From: Pseudohongiella sp. | GTDB taxonomy: Bacteria; Pseudomonadota; Gammaproteobacteria; Pseudomonadales; Pseudohongiellaceae | NCBI GenBank assembly: GCA_036834885.1 | Contig: DAITNA010000003.1 | Coordinates: 160,774-224,773 of the forward strand | Direction: 5' to 3' | DNA length: 64,000 nucleotides | In this document: positions 29,823-39,669 of the stretch, in pieces | How positions within the stretch are numbered: position 1 is the stretch's first letter | How the letters are laid out: the number at the start of each line of letters is the position of its first letter | Translations under genes and position numbers: made by a program | The notes under the pieces: generated by a model | What the model was told of the DNA's origin: nothing | The model's input: only the letters and a program-made list of their open reading frames with translations | Database searches by the model: none

Positions 29823-30674
29823 GTGACAGCGTTTAATGGTTATCCGTTCTCAGTGATGCTGGCCTTGTTGATGCATGGCCTGATCATTGGCACCTTGCTG
29901 TTTTTGCAGCGCGCAGACTCCGAGGTGCTGGATGTTGTGCGTCCGCCATCAGTGAAAGCCTTGCTGGTGCAGGAAAATCCGCAAGAGCGCAACGAGCAGG
30001 TCCAGCAGCAACGCCAGCAACAGCAGCGACAGGAGCAGCAACGGCAAGAGCAGCAGCGTCAGGAACAGCTGCGGCAGGAGCAGGCCACACAGGAGCAGGC
30101 GCGACAGGAACAGGCAAGACGTGATCAGGCTGCGCGCGAAGAAGCTGCGCGTCAGGAAGAGCAGCGTCAGGCTGCCATTCGCCAGCAACGCGAGCGTGAA
30201 CAGCAGCAGCAGGCTGAGGAGCAGCGTCGGCAGGAAGAAGCCCGTCGTCAGGAGCAGGAGCGCCAGCGACAGGAACAGGCACGTCTTGAAGAGCAGCAGA
30301 GAGCCAATGAGGCCGCTGCGGCAGCGCAGGCTGCTGCCGATGCACAGGCGCGTGAGGTTGCCGAGACCGAAGCTGAAATGGTGATGGCCTATACAGCGGC
30401 GATCCATGATGCGGTTCAGCGCAGCTGGTCACGACCGCCCAGCGCCAGGAACAACATGACAACCGTGTTGAGGATCCGTCTGATTCCAACCGGGGAAGTG
30501 GTGGACGTAGAGATTGTCAGATCAAGTGGTGATGCAGCTTTCGATCGTGCTGCCGAAACCGCGGTGCGCTCTGTGGGTCGTTTCCACGAACTGCAAGGTA
30601 TGCCACCGCGAATGTTTGAACGGAATTTCCGTTCTCTGTTGTTAACGTTCAGACCGGAGGACTTGCTCAATTGA
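29823..30674 (+). CDS. tolA: Tol-Pal system protein TolA (283 aa, GTG start)
   Basis: N-terminal TM segment, a long Q/R/E/A-rich helical domain II, and a C-terminal TolA/TonB-like domain (..AIHDAVQRSWSRP..VLRIRLIPTGEVVDVEIVRSSGDAAFDRAAETAV). Confidence 0.88.
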   Translation: MTAFNGYPFSVMLALLMHGLIIGTLLFLQRADSEVLDVVRPPSVKALLVQENPQERNEQVQQQRQQQQRQEQQRQEQQRQEQLRQEQATQEQARQEQARRDQAAREEAARQEEQRQAAIRQQREREQQQQAEEQRRQEEARRQEQERQRQEQARLEEQQRANEAAAAAQAAADAQAREVAETEAEMVMAYTAAIHDAVQRSWSRPPSARNNMTTVLRIRLIPTGEVVDVEIVRSSGDAAFDRAAETAVRSVGRFHELQGMPPRMFERNFRSLLLTFRPEDLLN

Positions 30675-31978
30675 AAAAACACAGCCTGATACTGTTTATG
30701 CTGGCGCTGGTTTTCTCGCTCAGGGTATCTGCCGCCGAGTTGAATATCGAGATCACCCGCGGTGTGGATAACCCCATTCCGGTGGCAGTTGTCCCATTTC
30801 AATGGGATGGTGCGAACCTGCTGGATGAGGACGTTGCCCAGATCATCTCCAACAACCTGGAGCAGGTAGGTGAGTTCCGTGCATTGTCGCGCGCCAATAT
30901 GCTGAGTCTGCCATCCGAGGAGCGCGAGGTGCATTATCGCGACTGGCGCATCCTCGCACAGCAGTACCTGGTGATCGGCAAAATCAGCCAGATTCCCGGT
31001 GGTCAGATGGTGCAGGTGCAATGGGAGTTTTTTGACATCAATCGCGAGCGCAAGGTGCTGGGTGAAGTGCTGACTGGCAGTGTCTCGCAGTTGCGTGACA
31101 TCGCACACTCGATCAGCGATGTGGTGTATCAGGAAATCACCGGTCGCCGCGGTGCCTTCTCGACCAAGATCATGTATGTGTCGGCAGAGGGTCCTATCGA
31201 GAACCGCAGCTACAAGCTGCACTTTGCCGATTACGACGGTCGCCGGCCGCAGGTGCTGCTGGAGTCGCGTGAGCCGATCATGTCGCCGGCCTGGTCGCCC
31301 GATGGCAGCCAGATCGCTTACGTTTCTTTCGAAACCGATTTGCCGCGCATCTACATTCAGGATCTGGCGACCGGTCAGCGTCGTCAAATTACCAATTATC
31401 CCGGTATCAACAGCTCGCCGGTGTGGTCGCCTGATGGCAGCAAGCTGGCCATGGTGCTGTCAAAAGACGGCAGCCCTGACGTTTATGTGCTGGATCTGGC
31501 CAGCAATGAGCTGCGTCAACTGACAGACCACCCGCGCGCTGAAACCGAACCGGCCTGGACTACGGACAGTCGCAGTGTGATTTTTACCTCTGACCGCACT
31601 GGTCAGCCGCAGATTTACAAAGTGGATGCCAACGGCGGATTGCCGGAGCGTCTGACTTTTGATTGTTTTTATTGTGCCAAGGCCCAGTTCCTCCCGGATG
31701 GAGTGAACCTGGTTCATGTGCGTCGTGAGACCCGGCAGAACAACAGTTATGGTATTGCCATTCTGAATGTTCAGACCAACCGGGTGATCACTCTGACGGA
31801 CACGGCACTGGACGAATCTCCCAGCGTGGCACCAAACGGCAGCATGATCATGTTCGGCACGACAGCCAATGGACGAGGCGTACTTGACGCTGTCTCCATT
31901 GACGGCCGCGTGAAGTTCCGTTTACCATCTTTGCAGGGCGATGTACGTGAACCTTCCTGGTCCCCGTACTTAAATTAG
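30671..31978 (+). CDS. tolB: Tol-Pal system beta-propeller protein TolB (435 aa, TTG start overlapping the tolA stop)
   Basis: Signal peptide MKKHSLILFMLALVFSLRVSAAE, with repeated SPAWSPDGSQIAYVS and SPVWSPDGSKLAMV propeller blades. Confidence 0.92.
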   Translation: MKKHSLILFMLALVFSLRVSAAELNIEITRGVDNPIPVAVVPFQWDGANLLDEDVAQIISNNLEQVGEFRALSRANMLSLPSEEREVHYRDWRILAQQYLVIGKISQIPGGQMVQVQWEFFDINRERKVLGEVLTGSVSQLRDIAHSISDVVYQEITGRRGAFSTKIMYVSAEGPIENRSYKLHFADYDGRRPQVLLESREPIMSPAWSPDGSQIAYVSFETDLPRIYIQDLATGQRRQITNYPGINSSPVWSPDGSKLAMVLSKDGSPDVYVLDLASNELRQLTDHPRAETEPAWTTDSRSVIFTSDRTGQPQIYKVDANGGLPERLTFDCFYCAKAQFLPDGVNLVHVRRETRQNNSYGIAILNVQTNRVITLTDTALDESPSVAPNGSMIMFGTTANGRGVLDAVSIDGRVKFRLPSLQGDVREPSWSPYLN

Positions 31979-32029
31979 GGCAAAGTCGTTTTTTTCAACA
32001 AATAGCTTGTCTATTGGAGGACGCTAAAA

Positions 32030-32569
32030 GTGGGTACGCAATTTAATAATATTTTCAAATCAGCTGTTTTTGCTCTGGCTGTTGCAGGTCTGGCAGCGTG
32101 CAGTTCTACCAGCGACACTGAAGCAACTGCACCGGTTGCACAAACTGGTGAGTCTGATGCTGCCCGTGCCGCCCGTCTGGAGCAAGAGCGTCTGGAACGT
32201 GAGCGTCAGGAGCAGGCTCGTCGTGAGCAGGCTGCACTGAACACAACCGTTTTCTACTTTGACTTCGACGTCGCCGAGTTCCAGCCGTCAGATCGCGAGA
32301 CACTGATTGTTCACGCTCGCAACCTGGCTGCCAACCCGAACCGTCGTATTCGTCTGGAAGGCCATGCCGATGAGCGCGGCACCCGTGAATACAACTTGGC
32401 TCTGGGTGAGCGTCGTGCCAACAGCATCCGTGACTTCCTGATCGTTAACGGTGCGTCACGCAATCAGCTGGAAACAGTGAGCTACGGTGAAGAGCGTCCG
32501 GCAGTCAATGGCCAGACCGAAGCCGCTTACCGTCAAAACCGTCGTGTAGAAATCCAGCCGGCAGGTTAA
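32030..32569 (+). CDS. pal: Peptidoglycan-associated lipoprotein Pal (179 aa, GTG start)
   Basis: Lipobox LAAC, then an OmpA-like domain: VFYFDFDVAEFQP...RIRLEGHADERGTREYNLALGERRANSIRDFL...NRRVEI. Confidence 0.92.
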   Translation: MGTQFNNIFKSAVFALAVAGLAACSSTSDTEATAPVAQTGESDAARAARLEQERLERERQEQARREQAALNTTVFYFDFDVAEFQPSDRETLIVHARNLAANPNRRIRLEGHADERGTREYNLALGERRANSIRDFLIVNGASRNQLETVSYGEERPAVNGQTEAAYRQNRRVEIQPAG

Positions 32570-32573
32570 TGGT

Positions 32574-33518
32574 ATGACTCGTACCCGTGCTTCTCTGGCC
32601 GGTGCAGTATCGGCAGTCGTGCTCAGCACGACTTCCTTTGCTTCATCTGCAGGTTCCATTCCGGTAACAAATCTGGCAGCGCAGGCGGCTATTGTGCCCA
32701 TGCTGCAGATGTCTCAGGCCGGTGCATCCAACAATGATGCACTGTTGTTGTTGCTGGACCAGTTCACCGCCCTGCGTGGTGAGATGGAAACCCTGCGGGG
32801 CATGGTCGAGGAGCAGGGGCACATCATTACCCGTCTGCAACAGGATTCCCAGGCTCGTTATACGGATCTTGATTCGCGAATCAGCGGTCTTTATCAGGAG
32901 CTAGATGCTGCCGCACCAGCGGCACCTTCCGCTGCACCTGCTGCCAATGCAGCCGCAATACAGCAACCATCCGCACCAGTTGTATCGGTGCCGGGCAGTG
33001 CGCCCGCTGCAGTGGCAAACACCTCTACTGCCAATGCTAACTCCGGGCTGAGCAGTACCGCGAGCGATGATGCGACAAACATGGCAGCACCGAATCTCCC
33101 GGCCGCAGGTCTGGCATCGGGTTCAACACCGCCAGTGATCATGACCGAGCAGCAGCTGTACGAAGTTGCGCTTGATACATTGCTCCAGCAACAGCAATAC
33201 GAGTTGTCGATCCAGCAGTTCAACCAGTATCTTGCCCAGTATCCCAACGGGCGATTTGTGACCAATGCCTATTACTGGCAGGGTCAGGCTTATGTCAATT
33301 TGTCGATGTTCAACGAAGCCCGTCAGGCGTTTGAAACGATCATCACGCAGTACCCGGATGGCCGCAAGATCGAAGATGCCATGTACTCGCTGGGAACGGT
33401 CTATCATCGGCTCGGCGACAATACCCGGGCGCGACAGATGCTGCAGGACGTTCGGACACGCTTTCCAAATACTTCGGCAGCCAACCTGTCCGATATTTAT
33501 CTGCGCACCATCAACTGA
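32574..33518 (+). CDS. cpoB: Cell division coordinator CpoB/YbgF (314 aa)
   Basis: Signal peptide, a coiled-coil N domain, an Ala/Pro-rich linker, and C-terminal TPRs (YEVALDTLLQQQQYELSIQQFNQYLAQYPNGRFVTNAYYWQGQAY). Follows pal. Confidence 0.85.
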   Translation: MTRTRASLAGAVSAVVLSTTSFASSAGSIPVTNLAAQAAIVPMLQMSQAGASNNDALLLLLDQFTALRGEMETLRGMVEEQGHIITRLQQDSQARYTDLDSRISGLYQELDAAAPAAPSAAPAANAAAIQQPSAPVVSVPGSAPAAVANTSTANANSGLSSTASDDATNMAAPNLPAAGLASGSTPPVIMTEQQLYEVALDTLLQQQQYELSIQQFNQYLAQYPNGRFVTNAYYWQGQAYVNLSMFNEARQAFETIITQYPDGRKIEDAMYSLGTVYHRLGDNTRARQMLQDVRTRFPNTSAANLSDIYLRTIN

Positions 33519-33566
33519 CAGTCGGGTCTGTTTTATCCCGCACTTGGAACCAGGGTCCTGCCCCGC

Positions 33567-34211
33567 ATGACCAGTCTTCGTATTAACGAAATTTTTCATT
33601 CCCTGCAGGGTGAGAGCAGCACCGTCGGTTTGCCGACGACCTTTGTGCGCCTGACCGGTTGCCCGCTGCGTTGCGGCTACTGCGATACCGCCTATGCTTT
33701 TCATCAGGGAAACCAAATGGCGCTGGAAGATATTCTCCAGCAAGTGCAGCAAGCCGGTGCAAAACGTGTCTGTGTGACGGGTGGTGAGCCCTTGGCTCAA
33801 CCAGCGTGTCTGGTACTGTTGTCGGCATTGTGTGATGCCGGACTGAAAGTCTCGCTGGAGACCAGCGGTGCGATGGATATCAGTGCGGTGGATTCGCGCG
33901 TAAAAATAGTCATGGATCTGAAGACACCTGGCTCCAACGAATGTGATCGCAATCTTGAGAGCAATATTCGTCATCTGCGCGGCAAAGACGAAGTCAAATT
34001 TGTGATCTGCGACCGCCGCGATTATGAATGGGCAAAAGCGAAAGTGGATCAGTATGATTTGATGAATCGTGTCGGCGAAGTGCTGTTCTCTCCCTCGTTC
34101 GGACAGGTGGAATATGAGCAGCTGGCCAGTTGGATATTGCATGATCGCCTGCAGGTTCGTATGCAGGTCCAGCTTCACAAAATTATATGGGGCGAAAAGC
34201 CGGGCCACTAA
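33567..34211 (+). CDS. queE: 7-carboxy-7-deazaguanine synthase QueE (214 aa)
   Basis: INEIFHSLQGESSTVGLPTTFVRLTGCPLRCGYCDTAYAF is the radical-SAM CxxxCxxC signature of QueE. Confidence 0.9.
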   Translation: MTSLRINEIFHSLQGESSTVGLPTTFVRLTGCPLRCGYCDTAYAFHQGNQMALEDILQQVQQAGAKRVCVTGGEPLAQPACLVLLSALCDAGLKVSLETSGAMDISAVDSRVKIVMDLKTPGSNECDRNLESNIRHLRGKDEVKFVICDRRDYEWAKAKVDQYDLMNRVGEVLFSPSFGQVEYEQLASWILHDRLQVRMQVQLHKIIWGEKPGH

Positions 34212-34229
34212 CGTCGTCGCGGCCAAGGA

Positions 34230-34922
34230 TTGTTCATGTCGTCGCAAGAAAAGAGAGCAGTTATTCTGGTGTCGGGCGGTCTCGATTCAGCGACCTGTCT
34301 GGCGATAGCGCGCTCGGAGCAGTATCAGATTTACGCCCTCAGTTTTGACTATGGCCAACGCTCAAGCAGCGAGCTGGATGCGGCCGCGCGTCTTGCCCGG
34401 CACTTTTCGGTAGCAGCGCATCAAATTATCCCGCTGGGCATTGGCCAGTTGGGTGGCTCTGCATTAACCGACCATTCGGTGGCTGTGCCTGTTGATGGTG
34501 TTGTCCCGGATCACATCCCGGTCACCTATGTACCTGCCAGAAATACAGTGTTTTTGTCTTATGCACTGGCGTGGGCCGAGGTGCTGCAGGCTGATGCCAT
34601 TTTTATTGGAGTCAATGCACTCGACTACTCCGGGTATCCGGATTGCCGTCCAGCCTTCATCAAGGCCTTTGAGCAGATGGCCAATCTGGCAACCAAAGCC
34701 GGTGTCGAAGGTCACCCCATACAGATCAAAACCCCGCTGATACAGATGAGCAAGGCCGACATTATTCGTACTGGCACTGCGCTGGGAGTTGATTATTCAC
34801 AGACCGTTTCCTGCTATCAGGCTGATGCACAGGGCAGGGCGTGCGGACAATGCGACAGCTGCCGCCTGCGGCGAAAAGGTTTCGCGGATGCGGGTGTTGC
34901 CGATCCTACGGTGTATCGTTGA
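34230..34922 (+). CDS. queC: 7-cyano-7-deazaguanine synthase QueC (230 aa)
   Basis: [18 protein letters not shown] (PP-loop) and the C-terminal Zn cluster [24 protein letters not shown]. Confidence 0.92.
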   Translation: MFMSSQEKRAVILVSGGLDSATCLAIARSEQYQIYALSFDYGQRSSSELDAAARLARHFSVAAHQIIPLGIGQLGGSALTDHSVAVPVDGVVPDHIPVTYVPARNTVFLSYALAWAEVLQADAIFIGVNALDYSGYPDCRPAFIKAFEQMANLATKAGVEGHPIQIKTPLIQMSKADIIRTGTALGVDYSQTVSCYQADAQGRACGQCDSCRLRRKGFADAGVADPTVYR

Positions 34923-34979
34923 GTGGCCGTCTGCCATAGCAGACAAGCCAGTGAATTCAGTCAATTTTTAACAAAATAC

Positions 34980-35007
34980 TTGAGTTTTTTTTCTCGCATA
35001 GTATGAT
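34980..35007 (+). promoter_or_regulatory. Sigma-70 promoter candidate for tRNA-Lys
   Basis: TTGAGT (34980-34985), 16 nt, then TATGAT (35002-35007), followed by a GC-rich discriminator, GCGCAC. Confidence 0.5.
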
Positions 35008-35023
35008 GCGCACTCTTTTCGGC

Positions 35024-35098
35024 GGGTCGTTAGCTCAGTGGTAGAGCAGTTGGCTTTTAACCAATTGGTCGATGGTTCGAATCCATCACGACCCACCA
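35024..35098 (+). tRNA. tRNA-Lys (anticodon UUU)
   Basis: GGGTCGTTAGCTCAGTGGTAGAGCAGTTGGCTTTTAACCAATTGGTCGATGGTTCGAATCCATCACGACCCACCA. The acceptor stem GGGTCGT/ACGACCC pairs, the anticodon loop is CTTTTAA, and the sequence is very close to E. coli tRNA-Lys. Confidence 0.95.
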
Positions 35099-35119
35099 TC
35101 TTTCCCCCTGTTTCCCCGG

Positions 35120-35515
35120 TTATTCCTCAGTCAATAAAGCCATGACAACAGTGCCGGCAATCATAGCCATCACTGCGCTTGTTGCCAGATGCTGAACCTG
35201 TAAATCCTGAAGCCACAACGGCGTTTGCTGCCACTGATGAGCCAGCGTAGCCATCAGATTTGTGTTGGCAGATCCGGCCATATCAAGTTTTGTCCACACC
35301 GAATCCACTGCCTGTTGCAGTGATGGCCACGGGACTGCGGCAAGGCATGCCGCCGCCGCGCCAAGCCATGCAGTTGCCCGAATGATTTTGCGTTGCAGCA
35401 CAAGGCGACCGGTTTTGCGCAGCAGTGTTTGCCTGAATGCGGTGTCATCCAGTTCGGGCAAGGGTTGACCAAGCAGTGCCATCAGATTGTCCTGATTGTT
35501 GTTGTCATCAATCAT
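35120..35515 (-). CDS. Putative anti-sigma factor, membrane-associated (hydrophobic segments mid-protein and at the C-terminus; 131 aa)
   Basis: Lies 3 nt downstream of the ECF sigma gene. It has an acidic cytoplasmic N-terminus, a TM segment (ATAWLGAAAACLAAVPW), and a second hydrophobic C-terminal segment. There is no HxxxCxxC zinc motif. Confidence 0.5.
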   Translation of the reverse strand: MIDDNNNQDNLMALLGQPLPELDDTAFRQTLLRKTGRLVLQRKIIRATAWLGAAAACLAAVPWPSLQQAVDSVWTKLDMAGSANTNLMATLAHQWQQTPLWLQDLQVQHLATSAVMAMIAGTVVMALLTEE

Positions 35516-35518
35516 GGT

Positions 35519-36175
35519 TCAGGATCTCCCGGTTCCGGATAGGGGTGGTGCGTTCATCAACGTTCTCAGTTTATCGAGACTGCGACTGATTGTTGATTTG
35601 GTGGTGCCCAGCGGCAAGGCCATAATCTCGGCAACCTCGGCGTGAGAATACCCCATGCTGAGATTCAGCGTCAGCGCAGCTACTTGTGTCGGATTCAATG
35701 TGGCCAAAGCTTTTTCCAGATCAATATGGTCTGCGAGCGCGGAGGCGTTTGTGTTCGCGTCGTTGACGGCTGCATCGGGATCATCACAAGGCTCCGGCCA
35801 ACGTTGCTGCTTGCGTTGATGTTGCAAAAAGCAGCGATAGGCAATCCCCAGCAGCCAACTGTCCAGCCCGGATTCACCCTTGAATTGATAAAGCCGACGA
35901 TAAGCCAGAATAAACGCATCCTGTGCAATATCATCGGCGATATCACGGTCCCGGCACAGGCGGCGCACAAAGCCGCGCACCCGGCTCGAATGCCGTTTGA
36001 CGAGCTGATCGAAAGCCCCGTTGTCTCCGTTCAGCACCACACGCTGGATCAGAACGGATTCGCAGATTTCGCGGGCATAATCCTTCAGACCAAATCCCCT
36101 GACTGGCTGTTGGCCGGCGTGGCTGTCTGGCGCTTGTCGTATTTCATCACCAGCAGGTACGCGATGCCAATACAC
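35519..36175 (-). CDS. ECF-type RNA polymerase sigma factor (maximal ORF 218 aa; start ambiguous)
   Basis: Region 2 reads FDQLVKRHSSRVRGFVRRLCRDRDIADDIAQDAFILAYRRLYQFKGESGLDSWLLGIAYRCF. Region 4 HTH reads LNLSMGYSHAEVAEIMALPLGTTKSTISRSLDKLR. The only in-frame start codons are GTG at 36175 (a 91-nt overlap with the upstream gene) and GTG at 36040 or 36037. Confidence 0.8.
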   Translation of the reverse strand: MYWHRVPAGDEIRQAPDSHAGQQPVRGFGLKDYAREICESVLIQRVVLNGDNGAFDQLVKRHSSRVRGFVRRLCRDRDIADDIAQDAFILAYRRLYQFKGESGLDSWLLGIAYRCFLQHQRKQQRWPEPCDDPDAAVNDANTNASALADHIDLEKALATLNPTQVAALTLNLSMGYSHAEVAEIMALPLGTTKSTISRSLDKLRTLMNAPPLSGTGRS

Positions 36176-36468
36176 AAGGGGATACCTCCGAACAGAATAG
36201 CCTCTTGCGCGTCGCCGCCGATGATCAGGCTGGCGATGATGGGCAGGCTGAGCGCTATGAACAGCGCACCGCGACGCATGTCGTTCACCGGGCTGCTCTC
36301 CTGATTAAACATCTTCATGGAATCTGCCTTGATGTCAGCCCCATGCTCGGCCAGCTTGACCAGGGTTTCCATCCTGCGAATATGGGTCAGGTAGCGCAGG
36401 TAAAAAGGCACCAATACACACAGGCCAAACACCGTAATCGCCAAAATCGGGATAATCGTTTCTTGCAT
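36085..36468 (-). CDS. Small 3-TM membrane protein, first gene of the ECF cassette (127 aa)
   Basis: TM1 is IIPILAITVFGLCVLVPFYL, followed by an amphipathic linker and two C-terminal TM segments. I recognise no catalytic motif. Confidence 0.6.
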   Translation of the reverse strand: MQETIIPILAITVFGLCVLVPFYLRYLTHIRRMETLVKLAEHGADIKADSMKMFNQESSPVNDMRRGALFIALSLPIIASLIIGGDAQEAILFGGIPLCIGIAYLLVMKYDKRQTATPANSQSGDLV

Positions 36469-36696
36469 GATTTACAGACTCCGTTGGTTGTGACGTTGAT
36501 GGAATTATCCATTCCGGGAGTCAGCCCTTATGGGCTGCTTGCAAGATAGATGCACTCACTTTGCCATTCGGATGCAGCTTCACCCAACTATTTTTGCAAA
36601 GAATATCGCTGATGTTCACAAAACCGGGCTGTGAAGGCATGTGGTATCATCAGCCTCATGAAAACCGTATGACATCGGCCCGGAACAGGCAGCACC

Positions 36697-37797
36697 ATGA
36701 CCCGTATTGATCAGACCCTTTCAGACAGCAGAGACGACCGACTCGCCGCCGATACCTTGCTGGTACGCAATTATCTGGCTTCGGTGCCGGACAGGCATGC
36801 GCTGAGTGAGCCCCAGCGGCTGCATTACCGGGAGGCCATCAAGGCGCTGCTGAAAGAAAAAAATGCGGTGCTGGTTGCGCACTATTACACCGAGCCCGAG
36901 TTGCAATCGCTGGCGGAAGAAACCGGCGGACTGGTGGCTGATTCGCTGGAGATGGCGCGTTTCGGGCGTGATTGCCCAGGTGATGTGCTGGTGGTCGCCG
37001 GCGTGCGTTTTATGGGTGAAACCGCATCCATTCTCAGTCCGGACAAAGTGGTGCTGATGCCCAACCTGGAGGCTACCTGCTCACTGGACATTGCCTGCCC
37101 CATCGACAAGTTTTCTGCATTTTGTGACCAGCATCCGGATCGTACCGTGGTGGTTTACGCCAATACCTCGGCGGCGGTCAAGGCACGCGCTGACTGGGTG
37201 GTGACCTCCAGCATTGCGCTGGATATCGTTGAGCACCTGAAAGCCAGAGGTGAAAAGATTCTGTGGGCGCCGGATCGTCATCTGGGGCGTTACATACAGG
37301 AAAAAACCGGTGCTGACATGTTGTTGTGGGACGCCGCGTGTATTGTGCATGAGGAGTTCAAGGCCAAAGGCTTGCTGGACATGAAGGCGCTGAATCCGCG
37401 TGCCAAAGTGCTGGCACACCCGGAGTCGCCAGCCCCGGTGCTGGCCATGGCCGATGTGATTGGCTCCACCAGCCAATTGATCAAGGCGGCGTGCGAGTTG
37501 CCGGACGATACCTTTATCGTGGCGACGGATCAGGGCATTTTCTACAAAATGCAGCAGCTGGCGCCGCACAAGACATTTCTGGTGGCACCAACAGCCGGCA
37601 ATGATGCCACCTGCCGAAGCTGTGCCAGCTGTCCTTGGATGGGCATGAATTCCTTGCAGGCGATGTATGAGTCGCTGCGCGATGGCAGCAACCGGATTCA
37701 TGTCGACAGGGCGCTGGCCGAGAAGGCCATGATTCCGCTTCAGCGTATGCTGGATTTTTCCGCGGCACACAAACTGCAGGTCAAAGGCAAAGCCTGA
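36697..37797 (+). CDS. nadA: Quinolinate synthase NadA (366 aa)
   Basis: [34 protein letters not shown]...[13 protein letters not shown]...VLAHPESP...[10 protein letters not shown]. Confidence 0.92.
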   Translation: MTRIDQTLSDSRDDRLAADTLLVRNYLASVPDRHALSEPQRLHYREAIKALLKEKNAVLVAHYYTEPELQSLAEETGGLVADSLEMARFGRDCPGDVLVVAGVRFMGETASILSPDKVVLMPNLEATCSLDIACPIDKFSAFCDQHPDRTVVVYANTSAAVKARADWVVTSSIALDIVEHLKARGEKILWAPDRHLGRYIQEKTGADMLLWDAACIVHEEFKAKGLLDMKALNPRAKVLAHPESPAPVLAMADVIGSTSQLIKAACELPDDTFIVATDQGIFYKMQQLAPHKTFLVAPTAGNDATCRSCASCPWMGMNSLQAMYESLRDGSNRIHVDRALAEKAMIPLQRMLDFSAAHKLQVKGKA

Positions 37798-37821
37798 CCA
37801 TCAGCGCTGATTGTGGAAGGT

Positions 37822-39285
37822 TCAGGTCTGCTGGCGTTGCAGCGCCTCCACATCACTCACGCGTTGGCGCAGGCGACTCACCAGAGGCAGGTTGTTTTCG
37901 CGCTGGGTTTCTATGCGCAGCGCGTAATTGAGTTGTTCCCGTGCACTGCGAAAATCACCAGTCAGAATAAAGTACTCCGCCCGCGCCTGATGCACTTTGC
38001 TGATATCGCCCGCCTGGCCTTGTGTCTCTGCAATCAGATACCACAGATCATGGTCTTCCGGCCGGGAGACTGCATGACGCTCCAGTACTCGCACAGCGTT
38101 GGCGTAGTCACGGGTTTCAATCAGCGCTCTGGCATGTGCCATGGTCAATGGGTGGTTGTTCGGGTTGATCTGCAGATGTCTTTCCAGATAGCTCAGTGCG
38201 CTGCGAGCCTCACCTGACTTTGTCAGCATCTCTGCCCGCGTCACGACGTAAGTAATGCGGTTGGGTTCTTTGGCCAGCAGCAGATCAAGCTCATCCATCG
38301 CCAGTTTGTATTGTTCGTTGGCCAGATAGGCCAGCGCCAGACCATAACGGTTGGCATCGCGATCAATATCCGTGCGACTGTTGGCCAGTGCCTGGCTGAA
38401 GTTCTGCACGGCATTGGCCTTGTTGCTCTCGTAGTGCACCTGCACACGGGCGCGCATCAGGTGGTATTCCACATTGGGTGTCACCGCTCGCGCCGGGTAG
38501 CGGTTTGCCCTGCTGCGTGCATCGGACACACGTGACTCGGTGACCGGGTGACTGAGCAGGAACTCCGGCGGCCGGCTGGTAAAGCGGCTCATGTCCATCA
38601 GACGCTCAAACAGGCGCGCCATGTCGGCCGGGTCATAACCGGCGTTGACCATGGTACGCAGGCCAATATTGTCTGCCTCAGCCTCATTCTGGCGTGAAAA
38701 GCGCAACTGGTTTTCAATCGAACGGCCTTGTGCCGCCATGACCGCTGCAGGTCCTGCGCTGCTGCCACTGCCCATCAGCACTACGCTGGCGAGCAGGGTG
38801 GCCAGTTCCGGTATACGGCGGCGCTGGGCATCTTCTACACTGCGGGCAAAATGGCGTTGGCTGACATGCGCCAGTTCGTGTGCCATGACGGAGGCAAACT
38901 CACCTTCGGTATGGGCGTTGAGAAACAGACCGCCATTCACCCCGATAATCCCGCCGGGTGCTGCAAATGCATTAAGCACCGGGCTGTCTATCAGGATGAA
39001 GGCCAGTCTGAAATCCTGCAGATCGCTGTGAACGGCAAGACTGTGGGTGAAGTTCACCACGTAATCGTTTAGTAGCGGGTCGCTGATCGTGGGTGCGCTG
39101 CGTCGAACAGAACGCAGGAAATCGCGGCCGAGACGATGCTCTTCCTCAAGAGAGAAAATGCCAGAAATCCGATCCCCCAGCGTGGGCAGCTGGGGTTGGG
39201 CAAGGGCGACCGGGACCTGACTGAGCATCAGAATACTGGCCGCGATCCTGCTTAACTGTTTGATTCTGCACATACCCATTAGCAA
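37822..39285 (-). CDS. bepA: M48-family periplasmic metalloprotease with TPR domain, BepA/YfgC-like (487 aa)
   Basis: Signal peptide, HELAHVSQRH zinc motif, and C-terminal TPR-like repeats. Confidence 0.85.
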   Translation of the reverse strand: MLMGMCRIKQLSRIAASILMLSQVPVALAQPQLPTLGDRISGIFSLEEEHRLGRDFLRSVRRSAPTISDPLLNDYVVNFTHSLAVHSDLQDFRLAFILIDSPVLNAFAAPGGIIGVNGGLFLNAHTEGEFASVMAHELAHVSQRHFARSVEDAQRRRIPELATLLASVVLMGSGSSAGPAAVMAAQGRSIENQLRFSRQNEAEADNIGLRTMVNAGYDPADMARLFERLMDMSRFTSRPPEFLLSHPVTESRVSDARSRANRYPARAVTPNVEYHLMRARVQVHYESNKANAVQNFSQALANSRTDIDRDANRYGLALAYLANEQYKLAMDELDLLLAKEPNRITYVVTRAEMLTKSGEARSALSYLERHLQINPNNHPLTMAHARALIETRDYANAVRVLERHAVSRPEDHDLWYLIAETQGQAGDISKVHQARAEYFILTGDFRSAREQLNYALRIETQRENNLPLVSRLRQRVSDVEALQRQQT

Positions 39286-39428
39286 CTACTACGCTACTGA
39301 AAAGTTAGACCGATAATATCACAAATAATTCCGCAGTCTTTTGCAGCGCCGGAACAGCCCTGTCACAGCGCGGAGGGAGGCACTTTGCTGCTATGCAATC
39401 CCTTGTTTTGCTTGTTAATATGCCGGGC

Positions 39429-39662
39429 ATGAAGATATCAGCTGATCAGGAACTGGACGTCAGCGGGCTGCAATGCCCGATGCCGTTGTTAAAAGCCAAA
39501 CTGGCACTTAATACACTGCTTGTTGAACAGGTGCTGAAAGTCATTGCGACGGATCCGGCCTCGGAGCGTGATTTTCATGCCTTTGTCAGTCAAAGCCGGC
39601 ACCAGATTCTGGCGTTCGAGAAGCAAGACGATGCCTATTGCTACTGGATAAAAAAAGGCTGA
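39429..39662 (+). CDS. TusA-family sulfurtransferase-like protein (77 aa)
   Basis: LDVSGLQCPMPLLKAKLAL carries the CPxP active-site motif. The ATG at 39429 was chosen. Confidence 0.8.
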   Translation: MKISADQELDVSGLQCPMPLLKAKLALNTLLVEQVLKVIATDPASERDFHAFVSQSRHQILAFEKQDDAYCYWIKKG

Positions 39663-39669
39663 CTGCCGC

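Noticed and set aside
29985-30330. Highly repetitive CAG/CGN/GAG-rich DNA encoding QQRQEQQRQEQ..., considered as a possible tandem repeat or novel low-complexity element.
   Set aside because: This is the normal Q/R/E/A/K-rich helical domain II of TolA, flanked by a proper TM anchor and a C-terminal TolA domain.
35099-36696. A possible genomic islet integrated at tRNA-Lys.
   Set aside because: There is no integrase, I could see no direct repeat of the tRNA 3' end by eye, and there is no obvious compositional shift. It is retained only as an ECF cassette finding.
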